Assembly (NCBI RefSeq): GCF_963921235.1
Contig: NC_086108.1
Span: 8,370,001-8,434,000 of the forward strand
Source: Mobula hypostoma
Lineage: Eukaryota
DNA length: 64,000 nucleotides
Reading direction: 5' to 3'
Part shown: positions 1 to 13,149 of the stretch, in pieces
How positions within the stretch are numbered: the stretch's first letter is position 1
Layout: each line of letters starts with the position of its first letter
Program-made: the position numbers and the translations under genes
The notes under the pieces: generated by a model
The model's database searches: none
What the model was told of the DNA's origin: nothing
The model's input: the letters and a program-made list of their open reading frames with translations, nothing else

Positions 1-125
1 CCCCAGTTTGTGACGCTTGTTCGTACCACTGGACCCGGACTTCCGAGGTCAAGAGAGTGGAACTGCCCAGTGCAGTGGCTTTTCCATTTTAAAAGACTCT
101 CCTACACGGGTCTCCTGTCATCGTT
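1..125 (+). repeat. Fragment of a dispersed repeat; same family as 9965-10450 in the opposite orientation
   Basis: CCCCAGTTTGTGACG...GGAACTGCCCAGTGCAGTGGCTTTTCCA...GTCTCCTGTCATCG matches the reverse complement of ~9970-10092. Confidence 0.6.
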
Positions 126-544
126 GGGCCACTTTGTCTCTCTGGGTCATAGACTCCAAAGCACAACCTGAAAGATTGTGCTGGTCCATTTCAGAGGGTG
201 TATAAGTGCCAGCAACACTCTTGGGGCTGGAGTCACATCCAGAGTCATCGTCGGAATAATGCAGTGTGAAAACAGGCTGTTCGGTCCATCCAATCCATAC
301 ACACTAAGACACAAATCTGAGCTCGTCCTGTTCACCCACATTTGGTCCGTAGCCCTGGGTAGAGTGGACATGGAATTAAATCTAGATTTTAAAAGTCTTA
401 ACAGTAGTGAATAAACTGCCGAAACACATCTGTTTTTGTTTACTGGCATTCTTCGGGGCAGTAAGCCTGCAATACTCATTCAGTCTGGGCTGTGTGCGAC
501 TCCCAGGTCATTTGTGAGGCTTGAGTTGTGGCTGCTGTCCCTAC

Positions 545-965
545 CTGGAGTGTTCAGAGCAATTGATGGTTCTGGGCCTGTACTCACAGGAGATTAGGGG
601 GATCTCACTGAAACCCATAAAAACATCAAGAGGTCTATTTCAAGGGACGTGGAGAGGGTGCTTCCTACAGTGGAGGAATCTAGGACCAGAGGGCACAGCC
701 TCTGAATAGAAGGATATCCCTTTAGACCAGAGATGAGGTGGAATTTCTTTAGCCAAGGAGTGTGGAATTTATTGCCACAGGTGGAGGCCTGTCATTGGGT
801 ATGTTCAAAGCGGAGGTTGATAGGTTCTTGATTACTCAGGGTGCCAAAGGTGTATGGGGAGAAGGCAGGAGAATGGTGCTGAGAGGGATAATAAATCAGC
901 TGTGATGGAATGGTAGAGCAGACCTGAAGGGCTGAATAGCCTCATTCTGCTCCTGTGTCCTGTGG
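545..965 (+). mobile_element. Decayed CR1 LINE 3' fragment (end of ORF2 plus 3' UTR)
   Basis: Degenerate LGLYS...SRTRGHSL...RNFFSQ coding trace and 3' stem-loop region, similar to the 3' end of the CR1 at ~16800-17222. Confidence 0.7.
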
Positions 966-1184
966 TCCCTCTAAATCTTTCCTACCCGTGTACCTGTACG
1001 TGTCTGGCAGCTCGTTCCCTGATGGATGACGCGTGGGTGAACGCTCACAGGTGATAGGTAAGACCAGGTGAGGCGGGGGGGGGGGGATGGTGGGTGGGTG
1101 ATGGAGGCTTCACCTATCACCTATCAGCTTGTACTCCTTCCCCTCCCCCTCCCTTCCTATTCCGGCTTCTTCCCGCTTCCTTTC

Positions 1185-1222
1185 CAGTCCTGATGAAGGG
1201 TCTCGGCCCGAAACGTTGACTG
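1185..1222 (+). ncRNA. Minimal type-I hammerhead ribozyme in a Penelope-like repeat
   Basis: CAGTC-CTGATGA-AGGGTCTCGGCCC-GAAA-CG-TT-GACTG: stem I CAGTC/GACTG, CUGANGA and GAAA cores, GGG/CCC stem II, palindromic ACGT stem III. Confidence 0.65.
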
Positions 1223-2329
1223 TTTATTCCTCTCCAGAGATGCTGCCTGACCTGCTGAGTTCCTCCAGCATTTTGTGTGTGTTGCTCTGGATTTCCAGCA
1301 TCTGTAGAATCTCTCATCTCTATAACAACACACGCTAAGCACTGGGAGAACTCAGCAGGTCAGGCAGCATTGATGGAAAAGAATAAACAATGAATTTTTC
1401 AGGCCGAGACCCTTCTCCCAGACTCTCATCTCTAGCTCAGTGTCCTAACTGTGATCATCATAGCTGTGCTGTGGCCTCAGACTTGCCTTCGTAGTGGACG
1501 TGGTTTCCTTTTGTAGTGATACCAGTGGTTTTGGGAGGTCTCCCAGTGCGCCCCTTGAACTTCCAGACACAAAGCAAGGCGGATCCATGGGCTGCCATTA
1601 CAGAATTAGTTCGACATGGAACAGTAATTGGGCAAGGAGAGATATTTGGGTCCCCGCAGACTGAGGGCTGATGTCATAGCCCAGTAACTTACTAGCCTGA
1701 CAAGGAAAGACTCGGATTTTCAATGAATTACCAGTCAAGGAGCAGCTGATTGACACGTATCCAAATATGGGCAAATTCTGTCAGGCACTGAAGCGTATAG
1801 TGCATGCGTATTCCTTCAGTCTTCAGCCCCCTCTCCACTTACACAGTGCTCCCACACAAAAATCTCTCATCTCTCGCCAAACCACTGACATTCAAAATTT
1901 AGTCTGAAAAATTAAACTAAAAATTCCCCACTATGACACTAAACAGCTGTGATCTTTTGGATATCGCATCAGTCTGCCAACATCCGTGTTCAATAGACCG
2001 AGGGGCCGGTCATTAGGAGGGGTCATAAAGGAGCCTTTGTCTCCAGACGTGTTTCCCCTGAAGTTTAAACCCTTTTTTCCTATTTTTGTGCGTTCATTAT
2101 CCGCTCCAGCTACTGAGTCATATTAACCTGCTACCTCTAGTGCCCTCTTGAACATGCACCATTGTCTGAGGAAACTCCATCAAATACACTTTTCACAGGC
2201 TCACATCGGGAGACGAGGTGGGAGGGTGATCTGGAGTGTCCTCAGGGAGGAGGGAGGAGGTTTAAAAAGAGTCTTGCAGAAGGTGAGGGAAGAGGAGAGG
2301 TGTGAACAGAGTAACACATATTCAGGTGG

Positions 2330-3610
2330 GGGTTGACAGAGACAGGGAGGGGTGTCAGGGAGGGAGAGGGTTACAGAGACAGGGAGGGGTGTAGGGGTGG
2401 GAGTGGTTACAGAGACAGGGAGAGGTGTAGGGGATGGAGGGGGTTACAGAGACAAGGAGGGGTAAAGGGGATGGAGGGGGTTACAGAGACAGGGAGGGGT
2501 GAAGGGGAGGGAGGGGTTTACAGAGACAGGGAGGGGTGTAGGGGATGGAGGGGGTTACAGAGACAGGGAGGGGTGTAGGGGTGGGAGTGGTTACAGAGAC
2601 AGGGAGGGGGGTAGGGGAGGGAGGGGGTTACTGAGACAGGGAGGGGTGTAGGCGTGGGAGGGGTTACAGAGACAGGGAGGGGCGTTGGGGAGGGAGGGGG
2701 TTACTGAGACAGGGAGGGGTGTAGGCGTGGGAGGGGTTACAGAGTGGGAGGTTGTTGGGGAGGGGATTAGAGAGACAGGGAGGGGTGTCGGGGAGGGAGG
2801 GGGTTACATCGACATGGAGGAGTGAAGGGGCCAGAGGGGGCTACAGAGTCAGGGAGGGGTGTAGGGGAGGGAGGGGTTTATAGAGAAAGGGAGGCATGTA
2901 GGGGAGGGGTGTAGGAGAGGGAGAGGTATAGGAGAGGGAAGAGGTTACAGAGACAGGAAGGGGTGTTGGGGAGGGAGGGGGTTACTGAGATGGGGGTGTA
3001 GGAGAGGGAAGGAGTTAAGAGACAGGGAGGGAGTTACAGAGACAGGGAGGGGTGTCGGGGAGGGAGGGGGTTACAGAGATAGGGAGAGGTGTAGGAGAGG
3101 GAGGGGTTTATAGAGACAGGGAGTTGTGTAGGGAAGGGAGAGGGTTACATCGACATGGAGGAGTGAAGGGGCCAGAGGGGGCTGCAGAGACAGGGAGGGG
3201 CGTCAGGGAGGGAGGGGGTTACTGAGACAGGGAGGGGTATAGGGGTGGGGGGGGTTACAGAGACAGGGAGGGGTGTCGGGGAGGGAGGGGGTTACTGAGA
3301 TGGGGGTGTAAGAGAGGTAGGGGGTTACAGAGACAGGGAGGGAGGGAGTTACAGAGACGGGGAGGGGTGTCGGGGAGGGAGGGGGGTTACAGAGACAGGG
3401 AGGGGTGTAGGAGAGGGAGGGGTTTATAGATTCAGGGAGTTGTGTAGGGAAGGGAGAGGGTTACATCGACATGGAGGAGTGAAGGGGCCAGAGGGGGCTA
3501 CAGAGACAGGGAGGGGTGTAGGGGAGGGAGGGGTTTATAGAGAAAGGGAGGCATGTAGGGGAGGGGTGTAGTGAAGGAGGGGTTACACATCAGAGAGGGG
3601 TGTAGGGGCC
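2330..3610 (+). repeat. G-rich minisatellite (~33-35 bp unit, GGGTTACAGAGACAGGGAGGGGTGTAGGGGAGGGA-like)
   Basis: Dozens of degenerate tandem copies with strong G-strand asymmetry. Confidence 0.9.
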
Positions 3611-3619
3611 AGCGGTTGG

Positions 3620-4470
3620 TCATTCTATACATTTGCTGATGGGGCAACAGTGGCTGGCAGAATCTCAGATGGTGATAAGAGGGCGTACAGGACCAAGGTA
3701 TACCCACTGGTTGAGTGGTGTCGCAGTAACAATCTCACACTCAGTAAAACCAAAGAGCTGATGTGGACTTCAGAAAAGGGAAGACGAGGGAACACACTCC
3801 ACTCCTCATAGAGGGATCAGAAATGGAGAGAGTGAGCAATTTCAAGTTCCTGTGAGGCAACATCTTTGAGGATCTAACCTGGTCCCAACATATCGATGCA
3901 GCTACAAGGAAGGCAGGACAGTGGCTGTATTTCGTTAGGAGTTTGAGGAGATTGGAATGTCACATAGGGCACTCGCAAATTTCTACAGATTTACCGTGGA
4001 GAGCATTCTAACTGGCTGCATCTCCACCTGGTATGGGGTGGGACTACTGCACAGGATGGAAGTAAGCTGCAGAGAGTTGTAAACTCAGTCAGCTCCATCC
4101 GGAGTATCCAGGACATCTTCAAGGAGCGATGCCTCAAAAAGGCAGCGTCCACCATTAAGGACCCCCAGCACCCAGGTCATGCCCTCTTCTCATTGCTACC
4201 ATCAGGGAGGAGGTATAGGAGCCTGAAGACACACACTCAACGATTCAGGAACAGCTTCTTCCCCTCTGCCATCAGATTTCTGATTGTACGTTGAACCCTT
4301 GCACTAACTCACTACTTTTTTATTTCTATTTTGTACTAATTTAACTATTAAAATATTTACTTCTTTCTGTAATTTACAGTTTTTTATTATTATATATTGC
4401 ATTGTACCGCTGCCGCAAAGACAACAAATTTCACAACATACACCGATGATATTAAACCTGATTCTGATTC
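3620..4470 (+). mobile_element. Decayed Rex1/Babar-type LINE 3' fragment
   Basis: Broken FAD...NNLTLSKTKEL...FKFL...HPGHALFSLLPSGRRYRSLKTHT...FRNSFFPSAIR trace, ending in an (ATTCTG)n tail. Confidence 0.7.
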
Positions 4471-5464
4471 TGCAATGTGTCATTTTGCATCAATTAAAAT
4501 CAGCAAGGTTGTGTTGGGGGCAGCCTGCAAGTATTGCCACACTCCCGGCATCATCACAGCCTGCACACAACTCACTGACACCAACCCGTACAAACTCCTC
4601 ATCAACAGTGGCAGGAATCGAACCTCGATCTGACAGCTGACAGTGCAATTGCATTTCCTACCTAATTACTCTAGGTGGCTGGGTGGAGATACGTCTTTAC
4701 CGAAGGAGGTGTAAAATTCTCCTTCCCTCTGCCAGCCTGCAGGTCACCCTTGGGCAGGTGTAGTACCTGCTGAGCACCTCCCCCACCCCCCACCCCGGAT
4801 CAGGTGGTGGATGGTCGTATGAGCAGCTGGTTCACATCACAAGTCCTGGTTATGTGACCACTGATACCAGGCAGACAATCTCTGAAGAGTATTGATAATA
4901 GCTGGGGTCACCCGTCTTGCAAAGACACTGCCCAGAAGAAGGCAATGGCAAACCACTTCCTGTCAAAATATTTTCCAAGAACAATCACGGTCATGGAAGG
5001 ACCATGATCGCCCACGTCTCACGACATGGCACATAGCAAACAAACAAATCTAATTACCTGTTTCCTCTCTAATGACCTCCTGGCTGGTCAGAGTCTCCAA
5101 GGTAGAATCTGAACCAGAACCTCCCCCTGAAGGGTTAATGAAAGGCCTCCCCAGGTCAGAGAGTCAGACATCTTATCTTGATCTCCACAGCCCGTCTGTC
5201 TGATACTTATCTGGTGTGGCTGCACTGAAGCAAGAACGCTGGATAGAGATGCAGCCACCCAGAGAATGAGGAACTTCCTCCCTCTCGTAAATCCTTGGAA
5301 TTCTGTTCTCTCCCCTCCCCACCCACCAAAGGTTCAGTCACTGAGACCCATGGGCGTTCAGATAGCACAGGGATCTGAAGGGGCCGCGATCAGGGTGGTT
5401 GCGGGGGGGATCTCACCCATAACATTGAATTCTGTTTTACACAGGGGGTGGGTGCATGGAAAAT

Positions 5465-5835
5465 TGAAGAGAGCTAGGGCCTTTCCCGTTGGAGCAAAGG
5501 AGGAGGGGAGGTGACTTGATGGAGGTGTACAAGGTGAAAAGAGGGACTTTCCCAGGGCGGAAATGGCTCTTACAATGCGGCATAATTTTCTGTTGATTGG
5601 AGGAAAGTATAAAGGGGGTTGCTAGAGATAGATTTTTAATACACAGAGTGGTGGGTGCATGGAACATGCTGTCAGTGGGTGGTAGAGGCAGTGAATTTAA
5701 GAAACTCTTAGATAAGCACATGGGCGATGGAAAAATGGAGGGTTAAGTAGGAGGGAAGGGTTAGATTGATATTGGGATGGGTTAAAAGGTCGGCAGAATA
5801 TTGTGGGCTGAAGGGCCTGTACAGTGCTTCATTCT
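5465..5835 (+). mobile_element. Decayed CR1-type 3' fragment
   Basis: RGDLMEVYK / FLIHRVVGAWN coding remnants followed by the GGGCTGAAGGGCCTGT 3' motif. Confidence 0.55.
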
Positions 5836-5924
5836 TCTATCAAGCAGGCTCAAGGGAGCAAATGGAGTCCCACTTGACCAGCACAGGTTCACTGGCCAGA
5901 GTGGCCTCCTAAACACAAGAGATT

Positions 5925-6830
5925 CAAGAATCAAGATTCAGAATTCATGTATTATCAGAGAATGTATGAATTATACAACCTGGAGATCTGCTCGCTCACA
6001 ATTAGCCACAAAGCAAGAAACCTGAAAGAACCCAATTGGAGAGAAAAAGAATAAAAATAAAAGACCTGATACACAAGAGAAAGAAAAAAATACAAATCAT
6101 GCAAACAACAGCAGCATTCTGAAACAAAACTGAGTCCTCAGGTCCGCAGCCTGGAGTAGGCCCAAAACCTCTCTTACCAGATCATCATGTTAGCAGGCAC
6201 GCAGCACAGCAGCTGGGGCAGACTGCACAGCCTCAGCGGCATGGAGATGACCATCGCGGAGACGAGCGAAATCGGCCCTTGTCCCGACCAATACCCTGCC
6301 TTTTCAGTCTATCTGGGCTGGCTTTTAAATTTACCTAATGATAGAATCCTGGAGCCCTGGAGAGAGGAGTGAAGATCGTTTAGAGAGCAAGTGAAATCAG
6401 CTCTCGCCTCCGATCTGGTCCAGCATTAAAATTGTCTAAATAGTGAATCGTTTCTCACAGTAGGACCTGGCTGCAGCGAAAGGCTTCGGGCCTAGACCAT
6501 GGCACTCAGTGGCTCACTCTGGGCCCAGATTCCGTTGTCCAGCTCGAAGCCACTCTCAAGCTCTTCAGATCGGCTCAGTGCCCAGAGTGATCCAACCTCG
6601 CTCCCGAGCCGGCTGTGCAGTCATCGGAAATCCAACTGCAACGATCCTGCAACACACCATTTCAGCTCATCCTCCGAACTTACCTCGCCTTCGCTCACTG
6701 TTTACGGCGATAATTTAACACAATTTACCACAGGGAAGATATTTTTAGTGATGTTTTAGTCGGATTTCTTATCTTTTTGACCACCAGAAGCTGTCGCACA
6801 CGTTCGATAGCGCTATCTTAACCAGAAGTT
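5925..6830 (-). mobile_element. Probable non-autonomous retroelement with a Rex1-like 3' tail
   Basis: On the minus strand it starts CTTCTGGTTAAGATAGCGCT and ends in a tail like other LINE tails here ((TCTTGAA)n); no coding capacity. Confidence 0.35.
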
Positions 6831-7429
6831 AGGTTCAGCAGGTGTTGAAAATCCAGAGCAACACACACAAAATGCTGGAGGAACTCAGGAGGTCAGGCAG
6901 CATCAACGGAAGTGAAGAGACAGGCAACGTATCGGGCTGAGACCCTTCTTCAGGGTCATTACATCAGTACATAGTGCAAAAGCAACAACAGAATGTAGAA
7001 TAAAGTGTTACAGTTACAGAGAAAGGGCAGTGCAGGCAGGCAGTAAGGTGAACGGGCCACAACGAGGTAGATTGTGAGGTCAAGACTCCAGCTTATCCTC
7101 AGTAGGGGACCACTGAAGAGCCTGATAACAGAGGGGTAGAAGCTGGCCTTCAGCCTGGTGGGACGTGCTTTCAGGCTTTTGTATCTGCTGCCCAGTGGGA
7201 GGGGGGAGAAGAGAGAATACCCAGGGTGGGGGTGGGGGGGTATTTGATGTTTTTATTTGTTTATTTACTGATACAGAGTGCTACCGGCCCATCCAGCCCA
7301 CCCAGCAACCCACCAATTAAGCCCCAACCTAGTCACCAGACAATTTACAATGACCAGTTAATCTACTAACTGGTGCATCTTTGGACTGTGGGAGGAAACC
7401 AGGGCACCTGGAGGAAACCCACGCACGTT

Positions 7430-8095
7430 CAGAGGTTGAGTCGGTGGTGAGAAAGGCAAACACAATGTTAGCATTAAAACATTTTAAGAGGTCTAGAATA
7501 TAAAAGCAAGGATGTAATGTTGAGGCTTTATAAAGCACTAGTGAGGTCTCACTTGGAGTACTGTGATCGATTTTGGGCTTCTTATCTATGAGTGTTCTGA
7601 CACTGGAAAGGGTTCAAAGGGTCATGAAAATGATTCTAGGATTGAAAGGCTCATCATATTATCAGCGATTGAAGGCTCTGGGCCTGTACTCACTGGAATT
7701 CAGAAGAACTGGGGGGGGGCACACAGGAATCTCATTGAAACCTATTGAATGTCGAAAGGCCTAGATAGAGTGGATGTGGAGAGGATGTTTCCTATAGTGG
7801 GGGAGTCAAGGAACAGAGAACACTGCCTCAGAATAAGGGGACATCCTTTTAGAACGGGGATAAGGAGGAATGTTGTTAGCCAGAGAGTGGTAAAACTGTG
7901 GAATTCATTGGCTGTGGAGGCCAAGTCATTGGGTGTATTTAAAGCAGTGGTTGATAGATTCTTGATGGGTCGGGGTATGAAAGGTTATAGGGAAAAGGCA
8001 GGAGATTGGGGTTGAGAGGAAATAGGATCAGCCATGATGAAATGATGGAGCAGACTCAAGGGGCCGAATGGCCTAATTCTGCTCCCATGTCTTAT
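7430..8095 (+). mobile_element. CR1 LINE 3' fragment
   Basis: KANTMLA...LYKALVRSHLEYC trace; ORF 7749-8015 KGLDRVDVERMFPIVGESRNREHCLRIRGHPFRT...VVKLWNSL is the CR1 ORF2 C-terminus. Confidence 0.8.
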
Positions 8096-9379
8096 TGTTT
8101 TGGAGGCTTGCGTGCTTTGGTGACCCAGAGATCTCTGCTGGCTGGAGCCAGGGCTTTGTGCTTCGGCTTTCCATAGGGTCACCCATGCCAAATAGGTCAA
8201 AGGGTCACAGGGTAGAGGCCAGGCTAAGAGTGGTCCACCGGTCCTCCAGGTTCAGGGGTTCTGCTCAGGTAAAACAAAACGGTAAAACAGAATTCTTACA
8301 GGAACATCAATGAAGAATCCTTCTACATCTGAGTGTGAGGGTATTCCTGAGTCTCCACCCGGGACTCGCATGACTGACAGTAGTGAAAACCGAGAGGAAG
8401 CTACTGACACGATGAACACCAGCAGTTGCTGCCCTAAACACTAGCGGTGTAACAGGCCGTTAAAAATAACCCAATGCCACCTGATGCTAGCTGTCCTGCA
8501 ATACATGCCAGACACAGGTGAATGGGAGCAGCTGGTTTGCACGGCCTAGATGGGCCAAAGGGCCTCTTCCTGTATGGTATGATTCTGGGTTCACTGACGA
8601 ACTTGCTCTGTACATTCAGCAGAATTCCTCACATTACCTTTCTGTTTACACATGATTCAAGCCGTCCACTTCTCTCCCACTATCAGGGGACAAAATATGC
8701 GACATTGTCTGGCCAGGAAATGCCAGGCAGAGAGCACACCCCCCCTCCTCCCCGCCACCTCTCCAACTAAATTAATTCCCAATGGAAATGGTTCTGCTGT
8801 TCCAGATTTTACTCAGAGACTCAATCTCCTTTTTTAGCCATGGCTTGGTTTGGTAATGAATACATTACTCTCAGAAAAGCCGTGGGAACCTGTCACTTGG
8901 CTCTGGGTGTTTGGACTCCAGGATAACTCGGTTTGACTGAGCTGGGGAGGTATCCAATCATCTCCCCGCTCACCCGCTTGCCGAACTGACATCTGAGCCG
9001 GTTGCTCTGGGGGTGATTAAGGGGAAACCAAGCCTGAAATCCACTCCCTTGGCTGAGTTATTAATCCTACTGAATACAGGGCCAATAACACCACGTAGGA
9101 TCCCACCCTCCCTGCTCGTGGACTGTTTATCCCACTCCCATCAGGGAGGAGGCTATGTAGCATCCACACCAGGACCACCAGACTCAAAAACAGTTCCTTT
9201 CCCCAAGCAGTAAGGCTGATCAACACCTCCACCCATTAACCCACCCCTCCACACCCCCAACCACGACTACTTTATCATTTCCTGTCAGAGTCACCTTATG
9301 TACAGACCTTATGTCCTGTGCCTAGCACCACCTTATGCACATACAATCTGTATATATAAACTATCTTACGCTTTGTGTT

Positions 9380-9643
9380 GGCACATGGCCAAGTGGTTAA
9401 GGCATTGGACTAGCGACCTGAAGGTCGTGAGTTCGAGCCCCAGCCGAGGCAGCGTGTTGTGTCCTTGAGCAAGGCACTTAAGCACACATTGCTCTGCGAT
9501 GACACTAGTGCCAAGCTGTATGGGTCCTAATGCCCTTCCCTTGGACAACATTGGTGTCGTGGAGAGGGGAGACTTGCAGCATGGGCAACTGCCGGTCTTC
9601 CATACAACCTTGCCCAGGCCTGCGCCCTGGAGAGTGAAGACTT
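9380..9643 (+). mobile_element. tRNA-derived SINE with a CORE-like body
   Basis: A box TGGCCAAGTGG (9386-9396), B box GAGTTCGAGCC (9429-9439), then GTGTCCTTGAGCAAGGCACTTAA resembling the CORE domain. Confidence 0.65.
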
Positions 9644-9964
9644 TGAAAGTGAATCCATTGGCTATGGGAAAGAGTTCAGTGATGGACAGAGTGAAGTTAT
9701 CATTTTGGTTCAAGAACCTGGTGCTGTGGGTCCTGAGGCTCCTGTACCTCCTTCCTGATGGGAGCAGCGAGAAGAGAGCATGGCCTGGGTGCTGGGGGTC
9801 CCTGACGGTGGATGCTGCTTTCCTGCGACAGCGTTTCATGTTGACAAGGTGAAAGGGAGAGCGGGAACTGAAACTGGTTTATTATTGTTACATGTACCCA
9901 CGTACAGTGATAAACGTGCCATACAGATCAGATCGTTACAGAATGCATTGGTGGTTGTCTGACG

Positions 9965-10450
9965 TGTCTGACGATGACAGGAGACCTGTGTGCAGAGTTT
10001 TTAAAGTGGAAAAGCCATTGCACTAGGCAGTTCCACTCTATTAACCTTGGACGTCCGGGTGCGGTGTTACAGTCAAACGTCACAAACTGGGGTCTTCCCT
10101 GGTTGCAGTGGATGACCGTGACGCCTTCTGTGCCTCGTCGTGCCCTTTGCTCTCCACGGAGCATTGCAGAACCACCCTCCTGGTCTTTGGCTCTCACTGT
10201 AGATCTCAACCGCCCAGGCTGCCCGAGCTGACTTCACACGCTGGGACAGGTATGTCCCTATCTCACTGGGGTCTGAGTCCCGCCAGCTACCCCCACCTGG
10301 TTTAGCTGGCCTGTCAGAGGTGCTGTGGAGTGCGGCCGCTGTCACATGCGAACCGTTACTTGGAGCCACAAGGGAGAGCTGAGTGTCCAGTGGGGCCCAC
10401 AGGTGAGCGAGCTGCCCCAGATGGTTCAGTACAAGCCCCTCCCTCGACCC
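9965..10450 (-). repeat. Dispersed repeat, possibly a non-autonomous RTE derivative
   Basis: Shares sequence with 1-125; the family assignment is weak inference. Confidence 0.4.
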
Positions 10451-11471
10451 CACAGACAAAATTTTGGAGATGCCTAGCATGTCAGGCAGTACCTATGGCG
10501 GGGAATAAACACAGGGGTGAGTGAGAAATGGAGGGTTAGACAGCAGGGAAGTGTTCGATTGATCTTGGAGAAGGTTAAACAGTCTGCACCACGTCATGGG
10601 CTGTAATGTTCTCTGTTCAAAACTGTAACAGCGACAGAGAAAGTGTGGTGCAGATAGGCAAAAAGGTGCAGGATCATAATCAGGTAAATTGTGTATCATC
10701 AACCTTGGGTCATTGATAGAGTTTTCTGAGGGCTTGGATTTATTTTGCTGTTGGGATTATTGTTGTATTCTCTGCATTCTATTATCTGTATTGTGCTGCT
10801 TCAGAGATTTTATGTCTTATTGTTAGGTTTTCCCTAGTTCACAGTTAAGTTCCAATTGTCCTTGGATACTTCCAATTAGTTCTCCAAGACTTTGCAGGTG
10901 TCCAATTAAGTATCCTTGGACTTTTGTCTCTTATGAGAACAGTTATTTGTTAGCTTGTAATTATCTGGGGTTTATTAGCAGGGCACAGATTCTTTCGTGC
11001 CCTGGAGTATATTTAAAGGGGCAGTGCTACCTCTTCGTTGGGTCTGTTGTCTTGAGCCTTGCCTGGTGGCATTCCGGCTGAGTTATCCTAGACTTTGTAA
11101 GTTCTACTCCTTTGTTTTGTCTCTTAGGTTAGTAAGATTCCTAGCTTTGTTTAACCCTTCTGACTCATTGTGTGATCCTACGATTGAGTCTGAAGATGCA
11201 GTGTGACATTTTGAGGTCAAGAGTACGTCTTGTCTCCTGGGAAACCATTCAACAGTCTTATAACAGGAAGATAGAAGCTGTCTTTGAGCCTGGTAGTGTG
11301 TGCTTTCAGGCTTTTGTAGCTTCTGCTCACTGAGAGAGGGGAGAAGAGAGAATGTCTGGGGTGGATGGGATCTTTGATTCTGCCAGAAACCATTATTGTC
11401 CACTTTTGTAATTGATCATGTTTTTATGTATTGCTCTAAACTACTGCTGCAAAGTGACCAATCTTACCACA

Positions 11472-11542
11472 TACGGTGCTGTGCCAAAGTCTTAGGCACA
11501 TATACACAGCCAGGGTGCCTAAGACTTTTGCACAGGACTGTA
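11472..11542. mobile_element. Tiny Tc1/mariner-like MITE (~70-bp hairpin)
   Basis: TA-CGGTGCTGTGCCAAAGTCTTAGGCAC...GTGCCTAAGACTTTTGCACAGGACTG-TA: ~26-bp TIRs flanked by TA. Confidence 0.6.
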
Positions 11543-11954
11543 TTTGTCAACGTGGAGCAGAGAGAGAGCTTGTAAATCTGACAGGAGCAAAGGATGTTGG
11601 GGATTGAGTGTGGAGTGCGGGACAGGAAGGGAGTGCGAGGGGCAAGAGATGGTGCAGGTACAGACACACCCAGCCCTGAGACACCAGGCAAGGTCATTTC
11701 ATTCCAAACAACTGGTTTATTGATCATTACAGAATGTCTCTCTGATGCTTCCTGCTCCCTCCCCTCCCTCCTCTCCACGATTCCCCTCTCCCTGTCCCCC
11801 TCCCACTCTCAGTCATCGTCCATAATAGAGACCCATATCAGAATCAGGTTTATCATATGTCATGAACTTGCTCTTTATTTTGCGGCAGCAGTACAGTGCG
11901 ATACATAAAATTGCTGTAGTACGCTGCAGAAGTCTTGGGAACCCGGGCTATTGT

Positions 11955-12844
11955 AGACACCACTGTTGCTGACCATATCAAAGGTGGTGAAGAGTCAGCA
12001 TAGAGGAGGGAGATGGAAAATCTGACTCAGTGGAGCCACAACTACAACCTCTCACTCAGTGTCAGCAAGCTGAAGGAGCCGATTATTGACTTTGGGAGAA
12101 GGAAACCAGAGGTCCCTAAGCCAGTCCTCACTGAAAGGTCAGAGCCGGGGTCGGGGGGGGGGCGGTATTAGCAACTTTAAATTCCTCAGTGTTATTATTT
12201 CGGAGAACCCGTCCTGCTCCCAGCATGCAGGGGCAACTACAGAGAAAGCATGGCATCATCTCTCCTTCCTTAGGAGTTTGAAGAGAGTCAGCATGACATC
12301 TAAAACTTTGACAGACTTCTATAGATGTGTAGTGGAGAATGTATTCTCTGGCTTCATCATGGCCTGGTATGGACACACCAATGCCTCTGAATGGAAAATC
12401 CTACAAAAAGTAGTGAATATGGTTCGGTCCATTATGGGTAAAGGCCTCCCTACCACTGAGCACATCTACATGAAACGCTGTCGTAGGAAAGCAGCATCCA
12501 TCGTCGGAGGTCCCCAACACCCAGACCATGCTCTCTTCTCACTGCTGTCATCAGGTAGAAGGTACAGGGGTCTCTGGACCCACACCACCAGGTTCAGGAA
12601 CAGTTATTACCCCTCAACCATCAGGCTCCTGAATCAAAGGGGATAACTTCACTCACCCCATCACTGAAATGTTCCCACACCAATGGACTCACTTTCAAGG
12701 ATTCTTCATCTCATGTTCTCAATATTTTTTGCTTATTTACCCATTATTATTTCTTCTTTTTGAATTTGCACAGTTTGTTGCACTCTGGTTAAACACCCAA
12801 GTTGGGTGGTCTTTCATTGATTCTGTTATAGTTATTATTCAATT
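11955..12844 (+). mobile_element. Rex1/Babar-type LINE 3' fragment (amplified module). Other copies: ~19830-20326(-), 20773-21218(+), 29452-30342(+), 37080-38053(-), 47243-48216(-), 49770-50753(+), 54432-55402(-), 56955-57940(+), 62130-62612(-), 63060-64000(+)
   Basis: RT C-terminal trace FKFLSVIISE...FYRCVVENVLTGCIMAWYG...HPGHALFSLLSSGRRYR...RFRNSYYPSTIRLLN; frameshifted, with no EN domain or RT core. Confidence 0.8.
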
Positions 12845-12954
12845 CATCCTGCTTCGGTTTTGATTCGAAGAAGGAGTCTGAGAGTCTGAGTGGGAGTGCC
12901 GAGAAAGACATTTTTGAAATTTTCGTTATTTTTTTTCTCCAACGGCTTTCTGAG

Positions 12955-13012
12955 AGGCGGGACTGTGCAGGCGTGTGACGTCGGGCAGTGCAGCGCGGCA
13001 GATTTAAAAGGA
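12955..13012 (+). promoter_or_regulatory. Putative internal Pol II promoter of the CR1 5' UTR
   Basis: GC box GAGGCGGGAC, CRE-like TGACGTC and TATA-like ATTTAAAA in CpG-rich sequence; same motifs at ~30452-30510. Confidence 0.4.
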
Positions 13013-13149
13013 ACAGAGCCTCATAGAGCGGGCAGCGTAGTTTGCGGGCTGCGGAGTGAGCCGGGAGCAGAGTGAAGACCTAAGGGCTTCGGCTCAACGG
13101 GCTTAGGCGGAAGCGGGCGAGGCGAGGAAGGTTTGGCATTCATTTTCTG

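Noticed and set aside
1487..1588. Possible minus-strand exon MDPPCFVSGSSRGALGDLPKPLVSLQKETTSTTK ending at a GC donor (AAG|GCAAGT)
   Set aside because: No recognisable homology or reliable partner exons; would need BLASTX or RNA-seq.
9380..9450. tRNA gene
   Set aside because: A and B boxes are present but there is no proper acceptor stem, and it runs into a SINE body.
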